Below, piece after piece: positions 54,749-63,349 of a stretch of 63,349 bases of DNA. The translations under genes were made by a program, and so were the position numbers. The DNA lies in the NCBI RefSeq assembly GCF_001194135.2, contig NC_069000.1, positions 13,450,301-13,513,649 on the forward strand. Reading direction: 5' to 3'. This DNA is from Octopus bimaculoides (Eukaryota). Under the pieces are notes generated by a model. The model ran no database searches, was not told where the DNA came from, and saw only the letters and a program-made list of their open reading frames with translations. Every line of letters starts with the position of its first letter. Within the stretch, counting starts at the first letter, position 1.

Positions 54749-54873
54749 TAAGCCGGCGAGTTGGCAGAAACGTTAGCACCCCGAGCAAAATGCTTAGCGG
54801 TATTTCGTCTGAGTTCAAATTCCACCGAGGTCGACTTTGCCCTTAATCCTTTCGGGGTCGATTAAATAAGTAG
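54749..54873 (+). mobile_element. SINE-B, internally deleted and 3'-truncated
   Basis: Head and core present, tail absent. Confidence 0.85.
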
Positions 54874-54899
54874 CCTCATTGCCATGTGAGACTATTATT

Positions 54900-55560
54900 A
54901 GGAAGTAAACCTAGTCCAGAATGGAGCCTCTAATGTAGTCTGATGTTTAACTTGACATTCTTCCGGCAACTCCAGCAGCGAAACTGGTAAAAAAAAAATA
55001 CAACGCTTTACTCTTTTGGACTACACCACTGAGGCTGAGATGGACATCCTGGTGTCTCAGAGACCCTGATCGCCATAAACACAACTCATGCTTGCTCTAT
55101 GGGCAGGGCTCTTCAGTAACACAGTAAAAAGTAGCAGCAACAGAATGGATATTTTCTTCTCTTTCGTCGGGGGCCTTAGTTCAGGTTTTGACAGACCATT
55201 AAGCCAAATCACTGCCTCAGAGAAATTATTATAGAAGACTTTATTAATGGAAGATGGAACTCCCTGCCACACGGCTAAAATTACCCAAGATTGTTGGATG
55301 AGAATGACATTAAAAAGCTTCCATGGTCAAGCCAGTCACCAGATTACTGTATGAAACTTGGCAAGAAATTCCGCAAGAGAATATTCGTCATCTGACCAGT
55401 AACATGCCTGATAGGGTCCTTGCATTGAAAATGCAAGGGGCATGTCTACTAAATATTAAATATTCTCATTATAACATTTAATAAATAATTTGAATGTATA
55501 ATTTCAGATTTAAATAAATTTTAATGATTATAAGTAGTCAATTTACTTCTGTCATGTCTG
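54900..55560 (+). mobile_element. Tc1-like DNA transposon remnant (transposase pseudogene)
   Basis: 55247-55459 reads MEDGTPCHTAKITQDC/DENDIKKLPWSSQSPD//ETWQEIPQENIRHLTSNMPDRVLALK(N)ARGMSTKY*, a Tc1 C-terminus. The LNPIE segment is deleted, and a degenerate WSxVMWSD lies near 54920. Confidence 0.85.
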
Positions 55561-57468
55561 TGTACATGTCTTTCTCTGGATCCTAATCACCCGAGGACGT
55601 GCAGGTACACAGATATAGTTGAATCATATTAATGCAATAAAGTGTATTATATGAGTAACATTCAGTAATTACAAGTTGAGACTGAATCGCCGAAACAATT
55701 CTAATGATTTGGAATAATATGTATATATAAACACATATAAAACCTAAATACATGCACTGAAATCCATAGAATCCCTTAAGATAACTGAGAAAAGTTGTAT
55801 GTTTAAGAGGCAGAAAAGAGACTCTATAATATTGATGCCTTCCAATGCTATTACCAACCAAAGTAAAGTGAAGTAGATTCAAACAGAATTTAGAATGGGA
55901 TTGAAATCGTGTCCTGTTTCTTATGCTTTTCACTCAAATTTTCCATATTTCTATCATATTTTCCTAATCCCCCGTACTATACAAAATGCATGCCAAACTC
56001 CTTCAATTATTTTCCCTTTACATAGTGTCCTTCTATTTCTCATTGAGACATCATACTTTCACCATTTCTTTGCCTTTCTGACATATTTCCCTAAAATGGT
56101 TCCAAACCCATTACTTCGCACGTTATTTTAATTATACCAAGTTTTTTTTTCCTTTATATTCTTTATGCACTACAGTTATTCGTCCAACGGTGTGTAACTC
56201 TTTTATTCTGTTAGTTATTGTTATTATTTATTTATCATTTAATTTTCCTCTTGCTTTACTCCTTCGACACGAAATTCTAATGATTCAACGACGAATTAAG
56301 TGATTTCTCCTAGTAATGTGAGCGCTTCTCCCCCTTCCTACCCTACAGAAACCGTTAATAAACAGAAGAAAGTCGTAATATTTTCTATTTGCTCACTCTG
56401 ATTTTTTGCCAATATTTTTTGTTATACTACATCAACTTTTTTTTTTGTTTCACAAATCGTTTACACTCTCTCCAAAACTCCATTCATCGTTCCATAAATC
56501 CTTTCTTTGCATTATTTTCATTATAATAAAAAGTCATTTTTTTTCTTTTATTTTCAATATTTTTTTTACTTCCATTTTAATTTTCTTTCACTACCAATAT
56601 TTATTTCCGGCATTACATTATTTAATCATTTTTCTTTGTTTCTTCTCTTTACAATTTTCTTAGACACTTCCTTCTCTCCTTTCTTCGCTACTACTCTATT
56701 TTAGACATCATTTTTGTTCCTCGCTATATTATCATAACTGCTTTTTAACACTCTGCCAACATACAATGTCTTTTCTATTCGATTATATTTTCTTTCTTTG
56801 CATCTTTAAAACTCAATAACTCCCTAACTATATTTCTCCTTTTAATAGATTTCTTTTTATATTTATAATTGAGGTTGCGTTTATTGTTGTATGCATTATT
56901 TCATTTTATTTATTTATGGTCCTTTTCTTAATCTCAGGCTAAACTGTATTTCTTTCACTTCTTCTACTATTATGATTTTTGTATAAGTTTCCTCCACAAC
57001 ATATTTCTCTTTATTTTTCATGTTTTTTTTTTGTTATCCAGCGTTTTGTGCATTGTAATGCCCTAACTGAATCTCATTTACCTATTATGGCAAAGCTCCA
57101 TTTTACAATTGCTAGTAACAACATTCATTCAATATAAAGACATCATTTTCTTCAATACTAAATGCCCAAACTAATTGATATGAATATTGAATATTTCTGG
57201 AGAATAGTGACTAGATTATCATGGTGTTGCTAATAACTACGCAGTTCAATCTTAATATAAGAATTGCCCACATTATCATTATGTTTCCACTTGCTAAATC
57301 GTCAGACTTGTCAGTCAATGAAATAATTATCATACTTGTTACTATTGTATATTTCCTTATTGACACCAACTTCATATTCAATATCGCCATCTACTGCAGT
57401 CATCAACGTCCTTCAGCCAATATTCTCTTTACCCGCCTCCATAATTCTTTTTTTTTTTTCTTTAATAG

Positions 57469-57515
57469 CTGTGGACTCTAAAACTAATTTAATGAATCAG
57501 GAGGTTATTCTGAAG
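57469..57515 (+). CDS. Candidate 47-nt internal exon, (A)VDSKTNLMNQEVILK
   Basis: Long T-tract plus TAG acceptor, AAG|GTAAGC donor, one open frame (phase 1 to 0); no recognisable homology. Confidence 0.25.
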
Positions 57516-58432
57516 GTAAGCTCATCCAACCCAATGCTCCATTTCACTTTGCTAATTACGGAAAGTGGCCTTCTAGCAACACGCTAGCAAGTTCCGTCTG
57601 AATATAATGAAACACTCCCAGAGACAGAAAGGAAATTAATAAAATTATCCAATAGATACAGAGCTGCTGATTGGATGCTGCAGTTCTAGAGAATCTAAAG
57701 AAAACGTGATGAGAGAGCCATTAGGAAAATCTTAAAGTTCAAATAAACAATTGTCAAAATCGGAAACAGATTTAATTTTCTTGTTGGCTATAGGAGTTTT
57801 TGGGTGTTTGGGATTTTGAGAGAGCATAATTTAAATCCTTGTAAGGTTTAATCTGGATTTTTTTATAACTTACATTCCTTTTAGGCATAATTCTCATCAT
57901 ACAGTTTCCAGTCGTACTTCAACAATATTTCACTATGACCCTCACTTAAGATATAGAAATACACAAAAAAATTGTATTAAAATATAAGAGATGAGCTGCT
58001 AGCAAAGTGGGAACGGGATTTTTATTAGTAGACTTTCAGATCATCAGGTAAGTCATAAGCATCACATTATCCTCTTCCAATCCTCATTTGATATATAGAA
58101 CTAGTATATCTAGTCAAAAGAGGACTAAAATTTAATGGGTCCCTACGATTTAATATTCCACTGAACCAAATTGCAGCAATAGTTTCGATGTTAAAACGAT
58201 TTAGTTATGCAATTTATTTATGAATTCTTTAATTGTTAGTTATTCGGAGCTGTAAGTGCAGTGTCCATAATTTTCAAGACCTTCAGTATTTGGTAGAATC
58301 GGCACAAAGTAGGGCCCAATGTGACACAAGGCTTGGTGCAAATGATGAGGACAGAGTAAAAAATGACGACCTAATTTCTCCTTCTTTATACCACTAACTC
58401 TATATCAGAAATCTCTAATCATTTATACACAA

Positions 58433-58528
58433 ACGGTTGGCTTCTTTTAATTTCCGTCAACCAAATCCACTCACACGGCTACAATAGAAGGCAGTTGCCC
58501 AAGGTGTGCTGCAGTGAGATTGAATTTG
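58433..58528 (-). mobile_element. SINE-A head fragment
   Basis: CCAAATCCACTCAC...TTGCCCAAGGTG. Confidence 0.7.
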
Positions 58529-58642
58529 ATTAAGGCTTTTGAATATAATATGTATGCAGTAAGTTTAATTTGTTTGTTTCTAAGTATTTTATTTATTTAA
58601 CATTTTGCTTAAAGTCATTCAAAAATCTTATTCTATTCTAAA

Positions 58643-58683
<41 letters not shown>

Positions 58684-58844
58684 NNNNNNNNNNCTGAATT
58701 GTCTGTTCTTGAATAGAAATATTTTTTTTTAATTCTAGCTTGGCTTATTGAAGGAAAAAGAAAGTCGAATGTGAAGAAACTAATAACGCTGTGCAAAAAC
58801 TTAAAACAAACTTAAAGGAAATTAAAAGAGTAGGCAATTAATTG

Positions 58845-59050
58845 GTTTAAAATTTTGGCACAATGCCAGAAATTTGGGGGAGCGGTTAAGTCGGTTACAT
58901 TGACGCGTGTTGAACTGGTTCTTACTTCATGTTCAACTGGATGAAAGGCAAAGTGGACCTCGCCGGGATTTGAACTCAGAATATGATGACGGACGAAATG
59001 CCGCTAAGCATTTTACCCGACGTGCTAACGATTCTGCAGCTCGCCGCCTT
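58845..59050 (-). mobile_element. SINE-B full length, T1a tail
   Basis: Head to tail present; short TSD AATTAATTG (58836-58844 and 59063-59071). Confidence 0.88.
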
Positions 59051-62000
59051 GAACGGCCAATAAATTAATTGTTATTTACTGACTACATCAAGCATTACGA
59101 TCTCATTAAGTTAAAAGCGGCTTCGCTTCGATTCATATTTGAATCCACAGAAATTAATTTACACTCTTAACGCCATTTGGTATACCAAAAATATCTCAAT
59201 CTCAATTTACCTTCTCTAAAAATATATGCATTAGTTCCAAGTAAAAATAACCGATTACTAATTGACTTATCTATTATCATGACAAAGGATTGACTGAGGA
59301 ACGTAAATATACATAAAATAATCATCAATTATCAAATAACTTATCTCAAAAATCTCCATGGCTCTTAATTTCTAAATGTGTTCTTACATTACTTTCAAAA
59401 TAATGAATAGAAACTGGCTACGATTTACAAAGTAAACAATTTTAATCTTGATTATACAGTGTATTGATATCATGTTTTGTCTTCGTACTTTAGCGGCAGA
59501 GAGTGCAGAAAGATTCTCTCACTTCGACTAATATGTAATAAACAGTATTAAATGGAATCATCACTTCACAGAGGATGGAATCTGCTATAAAAAAGAAAAA
59601 CACTCCTCTTAAGACTAAGTGACGTATTTATCTACAGGATTGGAGATGACAGTACAAAGAACGATGTAGAATACCTCATTATCTTACTATTTAAGTTGAT
59701 GAAATATTGGTTTAAAAACACGTTTGTATACTCTACAGTTTATATAAACTTTAGCCACTTAAACGAGGTATATACTTTATAAATCTTTTACTGCTTGTTA
59801 CATTCTTTTATTATTCTGAAATAGAGTTTGTGCTGAAATAATATGAAATCTGAACTTACAGTAAATGTCACTTATTTACTAATGTGAATTTATAGATAGA
59901 ACGAAGCACGTTTTATAATGTTTAACTTAGCTAAAATTATATGGAGGGTTTTAGATAAATTGACATCTGCATCACTGAGTCACTGATATCTAGTTGTTAT
60001 AACTACTGTTTATTAAATGTTCACTGAGACTAATTAGATGTTTGGTTGCCACTGAATGCCTCGTTATCATGTACAGTGTATTATGAGCAAGTAAATCTAG
60101 AAGAATCAATCACTCCTGATCATTGACAACGGCTGTAAATTGCAGAAGGAAAGTTAGTAATGTACTCTTACAGGAATTAAATACCTCGAAAACTTTGCAC
60201 TATACTGCGGCGCCCATTTTTGTCTACGATTTTTGCAATGATGATTCCTGCTTTTAAATATTCAAGCACAATCTTAAGTTCATGTATGGAATTTATTTTG
60301 GGGTGTAAAATATTATTTGCCGTAAATGTTTTTCTTTATATAATCCTTTTAAATATATCCCACATCCAGATGTTCAATCATTTAACATTTCTCAGTCAGT
60401 AAAAATCTTTATAATGATTATTACTATTGGTGGCTCGCAGGTAGCGATCTGGCAGAACCGTTAGGACGCTCGACAAAATGGAGAGGTCTGTTCTGTTCAA
60501 GATTAAACTTGCTTTCTTCTTAAAATTGCTGTCAGTTACAGATACAATATTTCATCACTTGCATTCAGTCCATTTGCTTCTTTGGAATCATTTGAAAGTT
60601 ACAGTTTCCATTTTTTTTTCACAACCTACAAAACCAATAATAACATGTTAAATATTGATCATACTTCGTCAAAAATATCAAGAGTAGTCGCTCTAACTAC
60701 CAAAAATCAGATCCATTCCCTAATGTATATCTCCATTTTTAATCAATTTTAATTTCGAAGTTCTTCCTCGTGTCTTTCTTGACAATAATTGTCATTGACG
60801 CTATTCATTTTTCCCAATATAAGCGCCATTTCAATTAAATAAAAATTTAACTCACCTTAATACTTGTTATCCTGCACTTATCTATATGTTCTCATGCACA
60901 CGTTACTTCTGGAAATTTTCCTAAAATCTATATCAAGTTATTTGAAACTAGTAGTTGGCTCTCTATACATGGTGCGAGTAGCCTGGATTCTAGCCTGTTG
61001 TTTATTCACTTACGAATGCAAATTATGGTAACGAATTTAAACCATTTAAAATGTAAGGTATTGAGATGCCATACGAACAAAGTTGGAATTCACTGCAAAG
61101 TTGTACATAAGTAAAAATAAAAAGTTTTTTAAAATAACCAATACGCTATGGTTTTGTCGTTTTTCAGAGAATAGCACCATAAAAACAATTTCTTTTATAA
61201 TCTTGAATAAATAACGATAATTTTCATGGAAAATTATAAGTAACAAGTCTTGACATAAACGGAATTTACTTAGAAGTTATACGTCAGAATTTAAAAAAAT
61301 ATGTATATAAAGAATAGTCAATGAGATTAATAAAAGTTTTCTAAAAAAATTAAACGCAATAAACAGACGACATTTGAAAACTGTGAATGAGAAAAGCAGA
61401 AGATATTACATAGATTAACTATAAATTAGTTGCAATTTGGAAGAAGATATATATATGTGTTATGCGCATGAAGAAAACTGTAAATGCTGCCTTTATAACA
61501 GGGAATTATAAATATGATATATATTAACAGATATCTTTCGCTCAACAATAAAGCAGTAACCATTATAGAAATTATGTAAAAACTTTTAATATAAAAAAGG
61601 TGAGTAATTTGAACGCAACAACTATAAAACATGGCAGCCAATAAACGCGTATGCTTCCGACAAATGAGACATAAAGCTGACAGCTTTACATAGAAAACTT
61701 CTCTGCTTCCCCTCCAAACATAACCTTCATGATGATTAACTTAGAAAAATCCCTTATGTCATTATTTGAACTAAAAAGTAAAACAAACGAACACACATTT
61801 CAACAACGAAGCAACCTATTTCCAAAGAAAAACATACGGCAGAACAAGAGAAAAGGTGATAAAATCAAACCGTTGTGTGTGTGTCTATATATATATATTT
61901 ATACATACATACATACATACATACAATTGTTTGTATATATATATATATATATATATATNNNNNNNNNNNNNNNNNNNNNNNNNNNNNNNNNNNNNNNNNN

Positions 62001-62600
62001 NNNNNNNNNNNNNNNNNNNNNNNNNNNNNNNNNNNNNNNNNNNNNNNNNNNNNNNNNNNNNNNNNNNNNNNNNNNNNNNNNNNNNNNNNNNNNNNNNNNN
62101 NNNNNNNNNNNNNNNNNNNNNNNNNNNNNNNNNNNNNNNNNNNNNNNNNNNNNNNNNNNNNNNNNNNNNNNNNNNNNNNNNNTTGTGATACATAAATGTC
62201 AAAATCAATATTAATTTTTTTTATTTTTTATTAGCATTCTATTTTATCAAAAACTATCACTTTACCGTATATTATTCTGAGAATAGAATAGAATAACAAT
62301 AGATTATGGTTCGTTTGAGCGATGATATAGTTTCGAACCTCAAAGTATTCCCGGCCCTTTTTAGGACTTTTTCATGAAGAACCATTGCCAATTGAGTCAA
62401 TAAATTACTAAGCAGTTATCGAAAGATCCTATTTCCTATCCTACCACTTCCTGGCACAGCAATGTTTTCATGGCCCAGCTGCTTATGACTGAACTGGCCA
62501 AAACCTCTTAGATACAAATAAACGTGTTGCTTATCTGCAGATCAACTGTCGCCAAGCTAATATTCCTTTGTCAATATCTCTCTAGATATCGCTCTAGCAG

Positions 62601-62813
62601 CAAGGCTGCGAGCTGGCAGAATCGTTAGCACGCCGGGATAATGCTTCGCGGCATTTCGTCCGTCATTACGTACTGAGTCCAAATTCCGCTGAGGTCGACT
62701 TTGCTTTTCATCCTTTCGGGGTCGATAAAATGAGTATCAGTTGAACACTGGAACTGATGTAATCAAATTACCCGCTTCTTCTAAATTTCTGACCTTGCGA
62801 CAAAATTTGAAAC
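62601..62813 (+). mobile_element. SINE-B full length, T1a tail, with TSD
   Basis: CAATATCTCTCTAGCAG at 62814-62830; matching sequence at 62572-62600 is partly tandem-duplicated. Confidence 0.9.
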
Positions 62814-63177
62814 CAATATCTCTCTAGCAGTGGCCATCCTCCTCATAGATGTGAATCATATCATATTATAAAGACATGAACATAAAACGAGATCTTGAAA
62901 CGTTTATCCACCATCAATTGTTCTTGTCATAGCTAAACCATTCTTATAATTCATGTTTTTAGATCATCGCTACCATTACAATCATCATTGTTATCACTCT
63001 TCTCCTCTTAACTACCTTAAAAATTCCGATTAAAATGTGTTTTTTTTTCTTTTGCTTGTTTTTTGTATTTTCTTCTATGCTTTTCAATTATTTGGAAATT
63101 ATTGAATAAAAATTTCGTTATTATCATTCCTTGTCTGTCTTTCTTTCTCATTTACATGAATACATACACACACAGAG

Positions 63178-63258
<81 letters not shown>
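63178..63258. repeat. (GATA)n microsatellite; similar arrays at 2290-2425, 6530-6600 and 47820-47970, plus numerous (AT)n, (TG)n, (AG)n and (TATG)n arrays throughout
   Basis: Seen directly. Confidence 0.98.
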
Positions 63259-63349
63259 CAGATACATATGTGCGTACATACATCGATACATATATATATA
63301 CATGCTCGTATACATATATAGATATCTTTATGTATGCATGCATGTATGT

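Overview
AT-rich eukaryotic genomic DNA, very rich in microsatellites, with many scaffold N-gaps. The SINE families and microsatellite content point to an octopus (coleoid cephalopod) draft genome; this is inferred from memory, not from a database search. No complete protein-coding gene can be supported, and almost all supplied ORFs are artefacts of microsatellites or gaps. The window is intronic or intergenic. It holds about 30 tRNA-derived SINE copies from at least three families, labelled here SINE-A, SINE-B and SINE-C; SINE-B carries three alternative 3' tails (T1a, T1b, T2). It also holds decayed LINE fragments (R4/Dong-like, RTE, L1/Tx1), two Tc1/mariner remnants, a probable Helitron-like end and Penelope-like pieces with hammerhead-like cores. 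There is one plausible exon encoding a signal peptide (40875-40970) and a few weaker exon candidates downstream. The most notable pattern concerns SINE-B. Copies with the T2 tail have target-site duplications (TSDs) starting AGAAAC, while copies with the T1a tail have TSDs starting CAATAT. All three tails keep an identical CUUGU loop on different, covarying stems.
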